From positions 35,721-99,720 of the forward strand of contig CACLXJ010000001.1 of the NCBI GenBank assembly GCA_902610845.1: a stretch of 64,000 bases of DNA, read 5' to 3'. The DNA comes from an uncultured Alphaproteobacteria bacterium. GTDB lineage: Bacteria; Pseudomonadota; Alphaproteobacteria; HIMB59; GCA-002718135. The notes under the pieces are model-generated. The model was given only the letters and a program-made list of their open reading frames with translations, ran no database searches and had not been told where the DNA came from. Position numbers and translations under genes: made by a program. Every line of letters starts with the position of its first letter. Positions within the stretch are counted from its first letter, which is position 1. Shown here one piece after another: positions 43,841-53,024 of the stretch.

Positions 43841-44530
43841 ATGCAAAAATTACTTTCTATAGTTTTTTTCTTATCAATTTTTTTACCCATTTCTCAGGTT
43901 AATGCCAATAGTGAAAAATTGTATGAGAGACTTGTCACTGATTGGTCTACTATTTTTCCTGATGGGAATAGAAATGCAGCAGGCCCGAGATTCTTTAAAT
44001 ATATTTTAGATCAAAACTTAGAATATAAAGAGTTTATGCAATTTAATAAGTTATACTGTGCTGTTTCGGGTTCTCTGTTACCTCCGGATGCTCAACCAGA
44101 TGAAATCTTTCTTACCAATATAGAAAACAAAGAAAAAATTTGTGGTCAATATTATAAATGCTGTTGGCCTTGTTTATGTGATGTAATGAAATATGCAGAA
44201 ACAAAAAAAATAAATATAAATTTTAAAGATCAATCAAGAGATATTTATACAATTGTTATTGATGATCCTTGTAATAAAGATGATTTTCCCGAACTTGTAA
44301 ATCGAGATTATTTTTGTGAAGGAAATGAATTAAATAAGGAGTATACCTTTTCAGTAGATAATAAACTTGTTATTGGTTTATTACATAATGCAAAAAAATG
44401 TGATGCTTACGATTTAGATTATATAAAAAATGATCAAATAACTGGTCCTATGTGTGAGGCTAGAAATAGCATGCCTCTTGAAGAGCTAAATTTTGGTATG
44501 GGCGACATTTTTATTAGGTTAGCAAATTGA
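43841..44530 (+). CDS. Secreted Cys-rich protein with YHS/TRASH-like motif (hypothetical)
   Basis: 229 aa. Has a signal peptide ('...ISQVNA') and many cysteines. 'YCAVSGS...GQYYKCCWPCLCDVMKY' resembles YHS/TRASH-type Cys modules. Confidence 0.5.
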   Translation: MQKLLSIVFFLSIFLPISQVNANSEKLYERLVTDWSTIFPDGNRNAAGPRFFKYILDQNLEYKEFMQFNKLYCAVSGSLLPPDAQPDEIFLTNIENKEKICGQYYKCCWPCLCDVMKYAETKKININFKDQSRDIYTIVIDDPCNKDDFPELVNRDYFCEGNELNKEYTFSVDNKLVIGLLHNAKKCDAYDLDYIKNDQITGPMCEARNSMPLEELNFGMGDIFIRLAN

Positions 44531-44540
44531 AACACTTGAA

Positions 44541-45959
44541 ATGAGTAAGTTAATTTTTATTTTTATTATATTGATCTCTAGTATGGCTAAAGCAGAATTT
44601 TTTTCTAATATTTCAGATATAATTGAAAATAATAATGATCGATTAAGTTATGGGGTTTCGGTAACTGACTTTGATAAAGATGGAATGTATGAATTTATTG
44701 TTGCAGGTTTTGGTTATTCTAATATCGCTCTAAGTTATAAAAATGGAAAACTAATCAATACGATTCAAAACCCATTATTCATTGATGAAGATAGAAATAC
44801 TATTGGTGTATCGGCTTGTGATATAGATCAAGATGGTTTTGAAGAAATTTACTTCTTAAATACTGATACCTATAGTGGAGAGAAAAAATATTCTGATAGA
44901 TTACTAGATAATAACAAAAATAATATTTTTGATTATTTTGAGTTAGAAAAAAATTTAGAAAATTTAAATTTGACAGCAGGTAGATCAGTTGTTTGTGTAG
45001 ACAGAAATGGATCAGGTAAATATGGTATATACGTTGCTAATTATGGAGGTCCTACAAGATTTTATGAAATTGAAGAAAATGAAGTTAAAGATTTAGCACC
45101 AATTCTTGGAATTGATCAAATAACTGGAGGAAGAGCTGTAATCTCAGGACATATAGTTTCTGATAATATGGATATATTTGCAGCTAATGAGAGAGGTCCA
45201 AATTTTTTATATAAAAATACTAATGGTAATTTTAATGATATTGCGATTGAAAAAAATGTCCAAGATACTTTTCAAAATGGCCGAGGAACAGCATTAACTG
45301 ATTTTTTATATAGAGGAGAACTTGATATAATAACTAGTAATTGGGAAGGTTATCATCGTATTTTTGTAAAACAAAAAGAATCTTATCTAGATATGTCTTC
45401 TTTGGACTTCAGATTACCAAGTAGAATACGAACAGTAATTTCTGCTGATTTTGATAATGATGGTTATGATGAAATTTTTTTAAATAATATAGGTCAGCCA
45501 AATAAACTCTTTCGAATTCTAGATGAAGGAAACTTAGAAGAAATTAAATTAAATGAGGCACTTGAAGCACAAGGTCTAGGAACCGGTGCTGCTGTTGCTG
45601 ATATTGATGGAGATGGAATTTTAGAATTACTTATTTCTCATGGTGAGTCTGGAGCTCAACCACTCAGTCTATTTAAGGCAAATATATCAAATAAAAATTA
45701 TATTAGAATTAAACCTCTCAACACTTTTGGTGCTCCCGCTAGAGGTGCAACTGTTACTTTACATACAAATTTAAGAAAACATGCCAAGACTATTGATGCT
45801 GGATCAGGATATTTATGCCAAATGGAACCAGTAGCTCATTACGGTTTACGTCAAGGTGAAATCATTAAAAAAATAACAATTAAATGGACTAGTGGTACAA
45901 TTGATAGTTATGAAATTAATGATATAAATACTACTTTTGAATTTAAACAAGGAATATAA
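44541..45959 (+). CDS. Secreted FG-GAP/VCBS repeat protein with C-terminal ASPIC/UnbV domain (CRTAC1-like)
   Basis: 472 aa. Signal peptide; repeated Ca-binding FG-GAP loops ('DFDKDGMYE', 'DIDQDGFEE', 'DFDNDGYDE', 'DIDGDGILE'). C-terminal 'GSGYLCQMEPVAHYGL' is the UnbV_ASPIC motif. Confidence 0.75.
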   Translation: MSKLIFIFIILISSMAKAEFFSNISDIIENNNDRLSYGVSVTDFDKDGMYEFIVAGFGYSNIALSYKNGKLINTIQNPLFIDEDRNTIGVSACDIDQDGFEEIYFLNTDTYSGEKKYSDRLLDNNKNNIFDYFELEKNLENLNLTAGRSVVCVDRNGSGKYGIYVANYGGPTRFYEIEENEVKDLAPILGIDQITGGRAVISGHIVSDNMDIFAANERGPNFLYKNTNGNFNDIAIEKNVQDTFQNGRGTALTDFLYRGELDIITSNWEGYHRIFVKQKESYLDMSSLDFRLPSRIRTVISADFDNDGYDEIFLNNIGQPNKLFRILDEGNLEEIKLNEALEAQGLGTGAAVADIDGDGILELLISHGESGAQPLSLFKANISNKNYIRIKPLNTFGAPARGATVTLHTNLRKHAKTIDAGSGYLCQMEPVAHYGLRQGEIIKKITIKWTSGTIDSYEINDINTTFEFKQGI

Positions 45960-45964
45960 TTTTA

Positions 45965-46423
45965 ATGTCTGTTACTGAAACATTGAAAAAACCAACTCCA
46001 CGCTTTCATTGGAAATGTAAACATACATGGAGAAGAAGTGCCAAAAATACACTTTGGTGTTTACTTGGATGCTCAATAGGTGATTTTGGAACTATTTTAT
46101 ATTTTCAATTAAACGCAATTAATTGGCCGACTCTATCAATTATGATTTTGGCAATCATAAACGGACTGATCACAAGTATTATTTTAGAAACAATAATTTT
46201 ATCAAGACAAATGACGATTAAAATAGCTTTTCAAACAGCTTTAACAATGAGTTTTATTTCTATGCTTGCCATGGAAATTGCAATGAACTCTGTTGATTGG
46301 CTAATATTAGGAGAGGCAAAACTGGTATGGTGGATAGTGCCTATAATGCTTTTAGCAGGATTTTTAACACCTTGGCCCTATAATTATTACCGTTTAAAAA
46401 AATATAATATCGCCTGCCATTAA
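45965..46423 (+). CDS. Integral membrane protein, DUF4396-like
   Basis: 152 aa with about 4 TM segments. 'WCLLGCSIGDFGT' resembles the DUF4396 conserved N-terminal helix. Confidence 0.55.
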   Translation: MSVTETLKKPTPRFHWKCKHTWRRSAKNTLWCLLGCSIGDFGTILYFQLNAINWPTLSIMILAIINGLITSIILETIILSRQMTIKIAFQTALTMSFISMLAMEIAMNSVDWLILGEAKLVWWIVPIMLLAGFLTPWPYNYYRLKKYNIACH

Positions 46424-46480
46424 TTAAATTAATTCACAAACGAATATTGAAATTGGTTTAAACTCACATATTTCATTTGG

Positions 46481-46948
46481 ATGATTAGAATATTACTTAC
46501 ATTATTATTTATAAGTTCCACATCATTTGCCGCTAGTACTAGTTCAGATGATAGTGAAACTAAAATTTCAGCTAGTGAACAAGTTACAAAATTATATGAT
46601 AAAGCTTACGAATTAGTTTATTATAAGAAATTTGATAAATCTATTAAATTACTTGAAAAAATTGCTAAGCGTAAAGACCTTGGTGAAAAAAAAGCTGATG
46701 TATATAACCTACTTGGTTTTAGTTACAGAAAGCAAAGTGAGCCAAATCTAGATAAGGCCTTTGAAGCATATAGAACTGCTTTAGAAGCAAATCCTGAACA
46801 TTTAGGCGCTCATGAATATCTTGGAGAACTTTATATCACTCTTGGTAACATGAATAAAGCTAATGAAATGTTATTAAAATTAGAAACTATAGCTGGGACT
46901 AATTCTATGGAATATAGAAAATTAAAAACAGCAATTGATAATTCATAA
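46481..46948 (+). CDS. Secreted TPR-repeat protein
   Basis: 155 aa. Has a signal peptide and TPR-like helices ('YNLLGFSYRKQSEPNLDKAFEAYRTALEANPEHLGAHEYLGELYITLGN'). Confidence 0.65.
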   Translation: MIRILLTLLFISSTSFAASTSSDDSETKISASEQVTKLYDKAYELVYYKKFDKSIKLLEKIAKRKDLGEKKADVYNLLGFSYRKQSEPNLDKAFEAYRTALEANPEHLGAHEYLGELYITLGNMNKANEMLLKLETIAGTNSMEYRKLKTAIDNS

Positions 46949-46955
46949 ACATTAC

Positions 46956-46977
46956 AATTGCTCTTTAAGAAGAGCAA
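46956..46977 (+). terminator. Hairpin terminator after the TPR gene
   Basis: 'AATTGCTCTT-TA-AAGAGCAATT' is a perfect 10-bp inverted repeat followed by TTTT. Confidence 0.55.
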
Positions 46978-46986
46978 TTTTGCCGT

Positions 46987-47415
46987 ATGATAATTTATAC
47001 TCTTAATTTTTTATTAACAATCTTAATTGGCTCTATGATTTTTTTTATGGCTGTTGTCTCACCCTCAGTCTTTGCCACATTAAGTACTAATGCCAGCAGT
47101 AAATTTTTAAGAACAATCTTTCCTCGAATGTTTTTATTTGGCTTTATAATATCTGCTTTATCTTTAATACTTAGTTATCTTTTGAGCAATATTTTAAATT
47201 CAATTTTATTAGTAGTAGTGGCTATAAGTTTTATTATTAATAGAAATTATTTAACACCCAAAATTAACGATTTTAGAGATAAAGAATTAGTAGGCGATAA
47301 AAAAGCATCTTCTAGTTTTAAATATATGCATTTGCTTTCAGTTTTATTATTTATATTGAATTTTATTATTTTAGTTAGCATAGTAATTATTAACTACTTT
47401 AATTATAATTTATAA
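46987..47415 (+). CDS. Membrane protein, DUF4149-like
   Basis: 142 aa with 4 TM segments. N-terminal 'VSPSVFATL...IFPRMF' resembles DUF4149. Confidence 0.45.
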   Translation: MIIYTLNFLLTILIGSMIFFMAVVSPSVFATLSTNASSKFLRTIFPRMFLFGFIISALSLILSYLLSNILNSILLVVVAISFIINRNYLTPKINDFRDKELVGDKKASSSFKYMHLLSVLLFILNFIILVSIVIINYFNYNL

Positions 47416-48056
47416 ACTTTATCCTGCCCTACAGGATAAATACTCAAAGTTTTTTTACCTAATACGTCACTTATTTTTTTAGAATTGATATCCAATCCAC
47501 CCGTTAAAATGCCAAAACTTGGTAAAATGAATATTTTTCCATTATGCACAAAAGATGTTTTAAAAATAGTTTTCCCTCTGTGTGAAATTTTTACTTTTGG
47601 ATGATAGTGACCACAAATTTGAAATAAGGTTGTTTCAATAGGTATGTGTGTAAATAAAAATTTATCAATTTCATAATTTGTATAATTATTAAAACCTTCA
47701 ATTTGTATGTTTTTATCATGATTGCCCTTTATCCATATGAAATCAGTTTTATCCATATATTGATTAAGATTCTTATGATCTTGATCTTTTAAACTTAAAG
47801 TTGAAAAAATATCGTGAAATAAATCTCCAACTATAATTAAATTACTTGGCTGAATCTTATCTAAACTAACAAAAAGTTCTTTTAATATTTCTTTTGTATC
47901 ATACGGAGGTAAGAATTGTTTATTCTTTGCATAACTAATAGATTTTCCAATGTGTAAATCTGATACAATCAATGTATTTAATCTTTTCCAATAAAGAGAT
48001 TTATTTGGGTATGCATAGAATTCTTCATTACCAAAATTAATTAATTGATAATACAT
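47403..48056 (-). CDS. pdeM: Ligase-associated DNA damage response metallophosphoesterase (PdeM/MPE)
   Basis: 217 aa. Has the calcineurin-like motifs 'VSDLHIGK', 'GDLFHD', 'GNHD' and 'GHYHP'. It overlaps the 3' end of the helicase gene. Confidence 0.75.
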   Translation of the reverse strand: MYYQLINFGNEEFYAYPNKSLYWKRLNTLIVSDLHIGKSISYAKNKQFLPPYDTKEILKELFVSLDKIQPSNLIIVGDLFHDIFSTLSLKDQDHKNLNQYMDKTDFIWIKGNHDKNIQIEGFNNYTNYEIDKFLFTHIPIETTLFQICGHYHPKVKISHRGKTIFKTSFVHNGKIFILPSFGILTGGLDINSKKISDVLGKKTLSIYPVGQDKVYKL

Positions 48057-50487
48057 TAGCCTCTTTTAATATTTCATTTTCTAAATCCTCTAAAATATAA
48101 TCATCTGTTTCCTTTTTTGATAAATTTTCTCTATTTATTTCAAGAATAATTGGAACAGCTAATGGTGATATACTTGTGAGTTTCTTTAATATTATTTTTT
48201 TATCAATTTTTTTTAAGATTTTTCTAAGTCTATCATAATCAATCATATTCTTTTTTGCATCTTCATATGATGATTTTAGAAGAATATGATCTGATTCATT
48301 TTTTTTAAGAACTGTATAAATTAGATCAGAACTAAATAAAACCTGCTTTCCAGTTTTTTCCATCCCTGGCAACCTTCTTTCTATTAAACAAGATATAATT
48401 GCATTATCTCTAAATAATCTTTTGACTATTGAAGTTTCTTCAAGATAATTATCTAAATGTTTATCTAACAATCCTAAATTTAGAATTGTTTTAATTTCTT
48501 TAACTTCTTTTAAAGACCATAAAACAATAGCATAATCATTTGCGACAAAACCTAGAGGTTTATAGTTAAATTCCTTGAAGCCTCTAAGCAATAAAAATCC
48601 TAGTGTTTGATTGGCATGCCATCCTGCAAAAGTATAGATAACAGTATAAAAATTTTTTTTTCGAGGGAATTGTTCTACTAGATATTCATCTTTTTTAGGA
48701 ATTTTAGATATATTTTTTTGTCTCTTTAACCATTCAGTAATTTGCTCTGGATATAAATCCCGCATATTACTTTTTGCCAATAAAGCCCTAACTGAGTTAG
48801 CCAAATTTGTTGATAATGGCATTCTGCCTCCAGAGTATGATGGAATTTTTGAAATTAAAGATTTACTTCTTTTAACTTGTACTAGATTATTTTTCATTGA
48901 TTGAAATTCTAGTACTTGACCAGCAAATATGAATGAATCACCTTGAGAAAGATTTTGAATAAAAACTTCTTCTATATTCCCTAACGTTTTCGTTCCAAGT
49001 TTTATTTTTAACATCGGATTTTCAATTATTGTTCCAACATTCATGCGGTATTTTCGTGTTTCTCTTTTATTTACTAGCTTATAAATATTTTTATTTTCTC
49101 TCAGTTGGAAGATTCTCTTAAATTGATCATAATTTTTTAAAACATATCCGCCATCTTGTATGAGATTAATCAATTGTTTAAAATCATTAAGTTTTAATTT
49201 TTTGTATGGATATGCTTTGATAATTTCTTTGTAGAGATCATTAATATCAAATTGCCCCGCACAAGCCGTTGCAAAAATATGTTGAGCTACAACAGCAAAA
49301 CTTCCTTCTTTTAAATCTATTTTATCTAAGTTATTTTTTTTTATTTCTTCAATAGCAGCTTTTGCTTCGATAAATTCAAAACGATTAGTGGGTACTAAAA
49401 TTGCTTTTGAAGGTGTATTTAAATTATGATTTGATCTTCCTACACGCTGTAATAATCTATTAATTCCTTTAGGTGCTCCAACTTGAATAATTTTTTCTAC
49501 ATCTCCATAATCTAATCCGAGTTCTAAAGAAGAGGTCGCAACAACACAGTCAACTAATCCTTTGCTAAGATTATTTTCTACTTTTAAACGTAAGTTTTTT
49601 TCTAATGAACCATGGTGAACAGCAATTTTTATTTTTTTCTTATTAATTAGCCATAAGTTTTTAAACATATATTCGGCTTGCGCCCTCGTATTAACAAAAA
49701 TAATAGTTAATTTTGATTTCATTATTTCTTTATAGATTTCATTAATAGAATACGTAGCCATATGACCAGACCAAGGGATACGTTCTTTTGATTCTAGAAT
49801 TTTAATCTTAGGTAAAACTGAATTTTCATAAGAAATTATTTTTGGTTTTTTGCGGCAAAGCCATTTTTTGGCATCTTGTTTATTCTTGAGAGTTGCTGAC
49901 AAGCCTATTCGTTGTAAATTTGGAGAGAAAGTTTGTAATCTTTCAATATTTAAACTCAGAAGATCAGCTCTCTTATTATCCAAAAAAGTGTGTATCTCAT
50001 CAATAATTATATATTTTAGATTGTGAAAGAATTCTTTCGCATTCTCATACGAATTTAACAATGCAAGTGACTCTGGAGTTGTAATAAGGATATTAGGAGG
50101 TTTTTGTTTTTGTTTTTGTTTTTTATATGGTGTTGTGTCTCCTGTTCTTACTTGAAATGAAATATTTAAATCAAGCTCTTTAATAGGTTTCTCTAAATTT
50201 CTCACAATATCGTTTGCAAGAGATTTTAATGGAGAAATATAGAGAGTATGAAGACCTTTAAATTTTTTTGATTTTATTAAATCATCTATTGGATTAATAA
50301 ACCCTGTTAATGTTTTGCCAGCACCAGTAGGAGCAAATACAACAACATCTGACCCAGTTTGAACATGATGAAACGTTTCAATTTGATGAGGAAACCAGGA
50401 CCATTTTTTTTTCTTCATCCACTTATTTAGGGGGTGTAATAATAAGGGATTCGATTTATTTATATTCATATGGATTTCATTAACCAT
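48037..50487 (-). CDS. Ligase-associated DEXH-box helicase (Lhr-core type)
   Basis: 816 aa. Has the Walker A motif 'APTGAGKT', the 'DEIH' box, and the motif VI-like 'QRVGRSNH'. Alternative start is the ATG at 50469. Confidence 0.85.
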   Translation of the reverse strand: MVNEIHMNINKSNPLLLHPLNKWMKKKKWSWFPHQIETFHHVQTGSDVVVFAPTGAGKTLTGFINPIDDLIKSKKFKGLHTLYISPLKSLANDIVRNLEKPIKELDLNISFQVRTGDTTPYKKQKQKQKPPNILITTPESLALLNSYENAKEFFHNLKYIIIDEIHTFLDNKRADLLSLNIERLQTFSPNLQRIGLSATLKNKQDAKKWLCRKKPKIISYENSVLPKIKILESKERIPWSGHMATYSINEIYKEIMKSKLTIIFVNTRAQAEYMFKNLWLINKKKIKIAVHHGSLEKNLRLKVENNLSKGLVDCVVATSSLELGLDYGDVEKIIQVGAPKGINRLLQRVGRSNHNLNTPSKAILVPTNRFEFIEAKAAIEEIKKNNLDKIDLKEGSFAVVAQHIFATACAGQFDINDLYKEIIKAYPYKKLKLNDFKQLINLIQDGGYVLKNYDQFKRIFQLRENKNIYKLVNKRETRKYRMNVGTIIENPMLKIKLGTKTLGNIEEVFIQNLSQGDSFIFAGQVLEFQSMKNNLVQVKRSKSLISKIPSYSGGRMPLSTNLANSVRALLAKSNMRDLYPEQITEWLKRQKNISKIPKKDEYLVEQFPRKKNFYTVIYTFAGWHANQTLGFLLLRGFKEFNYKPLGFVANDYAIVLWSLKEVKEIKTILNLGLLDKHLDNYLEETSIVKRLFRDNAIISCLIERRLPGMEKTGKQVLFSSDLIYTVLKKNESDHILLKSSYEDAKKNMIDYDRLRKILKKIDKKIILKKLTSISPLAVPIILEINRENLSKKETDDYILEDLENEILKEANVLSIN

Positions 50488-51459
50488 CAGCTATTTATCA
50501 AAGATATAAATGTACATATAGATCCAATATTGCCGAAAAAAACAGCAATTATTACACATGGTCACGCAGATCACGCCCGATTTGGACATGATCATGTTAT
50601 TGCTACTAGGCAGACAATAGACATAATGAAAATTCGCTACGGAGATAAATGTGCGAAGAAATTTACTCCTCTTAGATACGGGCAAAAATACTCGATTAAA
50701 AACTATGATTTTACTCTTTACCCTGCGGGACATATTTTAGGAAGTGCTCAAGTTTTAATTGAAAAAAATAATCACCGTTTGGTCATCACAGGTGATTATA
50801 AAGTAGGAAAAGATGAAACATGTAAAAATTTCAAACTGGTTAAATGTGATACTTTAATTACTGAAGCAACATTTGGATTACCCATATTTCAACATCCAGA
50901 TCCCAAAGATGAAATTCAAAAACTCATACGATCTGTAAAGATAAATAACAATAATTGTCATATTGTTGGTGCGTATGCACTGGGTAAAGCACAAAGAGTA
51001 ATGAACCTTTTACGCCAGCAGAAATATAATGAGACAATTTATATTCATGGCTCTCTAGAAAAGTTATGCCAATATTATTCAAAAGAAAAAATTAATATTG
51101 GAAAGTTTGAAAAAGTTTCTTCAAAGGATAAAAGTTTTTATGAGGGTAAAATAATTATTGCACCGCCTTCAGCATTAAAGGATCGTTGGTCAAGACGATT
51201 TCCTAATCCTATTATTTGCATGGCAAGTGGATGGATGACCGTTAAGCAAAGAGCAAAACAACAAGGTATTGAATTGCCATTAGTTATTAGTGATCATAGC
51301 GATTGGAATGAATTACTAGATACAATTAAAAAATCAAAGGCGAAAAATATTCTTATTACTCATGGTCAGGAAGATGCATTGGTTTATTTTTGTAAGAAAC
51401 AAAATCTTGTTTCAAAGCCCCTTTCCATCCAAGGAAGAAGTGATGAGGAAATAGAATGA
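50470..51459 (+). CDS. Ligase-associated DNA damage response exonuclease (metallo-beta-lactamase/beta-CASP fold)
   Basis: 329 aa. 'AIITHGHADHARFGH' is the MBL HxHxDH motif. It is divergent from the helicase and coupled to the ligase gene. Confidence 0.8.
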   Translation: MDFINHQLFIKDINVHIDPILPKKTAIITHGHADHARFGHDHVIATRQTIDIMKIRYGDKCAKKFTPLRYGQKYSIKNYDFTLYPAGHILGSAQVLIEKNNHRLVITGDYKVGKDETCKNFKLVKCDTLITEATFGLPIFQHPDPKDEIQKLIRSVKINNNNCHIVGAYALGKAQRVMNLLRQQKYNETIYIHGSLEKLCQYYSKEKINIGKFEKVSSKDKSFYEGKIIIAPPSALKDRWSRRFPNPIICMASGWMTVKQRAKQQGIELPLVISDHSDWNELLDTIKKSKAKNILITHGQEDALVYFCKKQNLVSKPLSIQGRSDEEIE

Positions 51460-53024
51460 AAAAATTTTCTTCCTTACTTCACAATTTGATTTTAACACCA
51501 AGTCGAAATACCAAAATTAAATTACTTCAAGATTATTTTAAAATACTTGATATCAACCGCTCATATGCGCTTGCAATTTTATCTGACCAACTTTCATTTC
51601 AATTTATTAAAGCATCTAAACTCAGAGAGCTTGTCTATAAACAAGTAGATCAACATTTATTTGATTACTCATATGATTATGTTGGGGATTTAGCAGAAAC
51701 AATATCATTAATTTGGCCAACAAAAAAAGAGGGTAAATCTCAAAATTTATATACCTTAATAGAAAATATAAAAAAAATTAAAAAGTCTGAAATTAATACA
51801 GAGTTTAGTAAAATTTTGAGCGAAATATCTAATAACGAAAGGTGGACTTTAATTAAAATTTGCACGGGTGGATTGCGAATTGGAGTCTCGGAAAGATTAG
51901 TAAAAACGGCCTTAGCTGATCAGTATAACAAATCTGTGAATGAGATTGAAGAAATTTGGCATGGTTTAGAATTTCCATATGAAAATTTATTTAAATGGTT
52001 AAAAAATGAAACATCAAAACCAAAAATAGATTTTAAAAAATTATTTCATCCTATGATGCTAGCTAACCCTATTGATGAGGAAAAAGATTTTAAAAGATTG
52101 AACGCTAATGAATTTCAAGCAGAATATAAATGGGATGGAATTAGGGTTCAGCTTATGGTTTCATCAAAAAGTGTTTCACTGTACTCAAGAACAGGTGATA
52201 ATATATCATCTGCATTCCCAGAAATAATTGAAAATACTAAAGGTGATGCGGTTATTGACGGAGAATTACTTGTAGGAGAAAATTTTAAACCCTTTGGTTT
52301 TAATGATCTGCAGCAAAGGTTAAATAGAAAAAAAACTTCAAAAGATCTACAAAAAAAATATCCTGTTTTCATACGTGCCTATGATATTCTTTTTTACAAA
52401 GGGAAAGATCTTCGAAAATTATATCTTTTTGAGAGAAGAAAATATTTAGAAAAATTTCAAAAAGAAAATAAAACTAATCAAATTGATTTATCTTCAATCA
52501 TTAATTTTTCAACTTGGAAAGAATTAACTAAATATAAAAATAATTTAAATGACGATTTAAATGAAGGTGTAATGATTAAACTTAAAAAAAGTGAATATTT
52601 ACCAGGAAGAAAAAGGGGGAATTGGTACAAATGGAAAAAAAATCCAAAGCTAGTTGATGCTATTTTAATGTATGCTCAACGAGGACACGGAAAAAGATCA
52701 TCTTACTATTCTGATTTTACTTTTGGTGTATGGAAAGAAAATGAATTAGTGCCAATAGGAAAGGCTTATTCGGGTTATACTGACAAAGAGCTTTTAGTAT
52801 TAGATAAATTTATAAGAAATAATACTATCAATAAATTTGGTCCCGTAAGAGAGGTAAAAAAGGAAATTATATTAGAAGTGGCCTTCGATGATGTATTTCC
52901 AAGCACTAGACATAAATCAGGTGTCGCTATGCGTTTTCCTCGAATTTATAGAATTAGGTGGGACAAGCCAACAAATGAAGTGCTTTCAATTGAAGAATTT
53001 AAGAAAGAATTTAAAATAGGTTAA
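51456..53024 (+). CDS. ATP-dependent DNA ligase
   Basis: 522 aa. Adenylation motif I 'EYKWDGIRVQ' (KxDG), 'DGELLV' (motif III), 'EGVMIK' (motif IV) and 'WYKWKK' (motif V). Its start overlaps the exonuclease stop (ATGA). Confidence 0.88.
   Translation: MKKFSSLLHNLILTPSRNTKIKLLQDYFKILDINRSYALAILSDQLSFQFIKASKLRELVYKQVDQHLFDYSYDYVGDLAETISLIWPTKKEGKSQNLYTLIENIKKIKKSEINTEFSKILSEISNNERWTLIKICTGGLRIGVSERLVKTALADQYNKSVNEIEEIWHGLEFPYENLFKWLKNETSKPKIDFKKLFHPMMLANPIDEEKDFKRLNANEFQAEYKWDGIRVQLMVSSKSVSLYSRTGDNISSAFPEIIENTKGDAVIDGELLVGENFKPFGFNDLQQRLNRKKTSKDLQKKYPVFIRAYDILFYKGKDLRKLYLFERRKYLEKFQKENKTNQIDLSSIINFSTWKELTKYKNNLNDDLNEGVMIKLKKSEYLPGRKRGNWYKWKKNPKLVDAILMYAQRGHGKRSSYYSDFTFGVWKENELVPIGKAYSGYTDKELLVLDKFIRNNTINKFGPVREVKKEIILEVAFDDVFPSTRHKSGVAMRFPRIYRIRWDKPTNEVLSIEEFKKEFKIG

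Noticed and set aside
46946-46957. An 11-nt match ('TAAACATTACA') between the spacer after the TPR gene and the operator-like region at 62496-62506.
   Set aside because: A single 11-mer composed mostly of A and T is plausibly a chance match in 64 kb of AT-rich sequence. The flanks do not extend the similarity.
50101-50124. (TTTTTG)3-T6 hexamer repeat inside the helicase gene, encoding KQKQKQK, as a possible slipped-strand phase-variation tract.
   Set aside because: The repeat unit is a multiple of 3, so slippage keeps the frame. There are only three units, so it is most likely a benign low-complexity linker.
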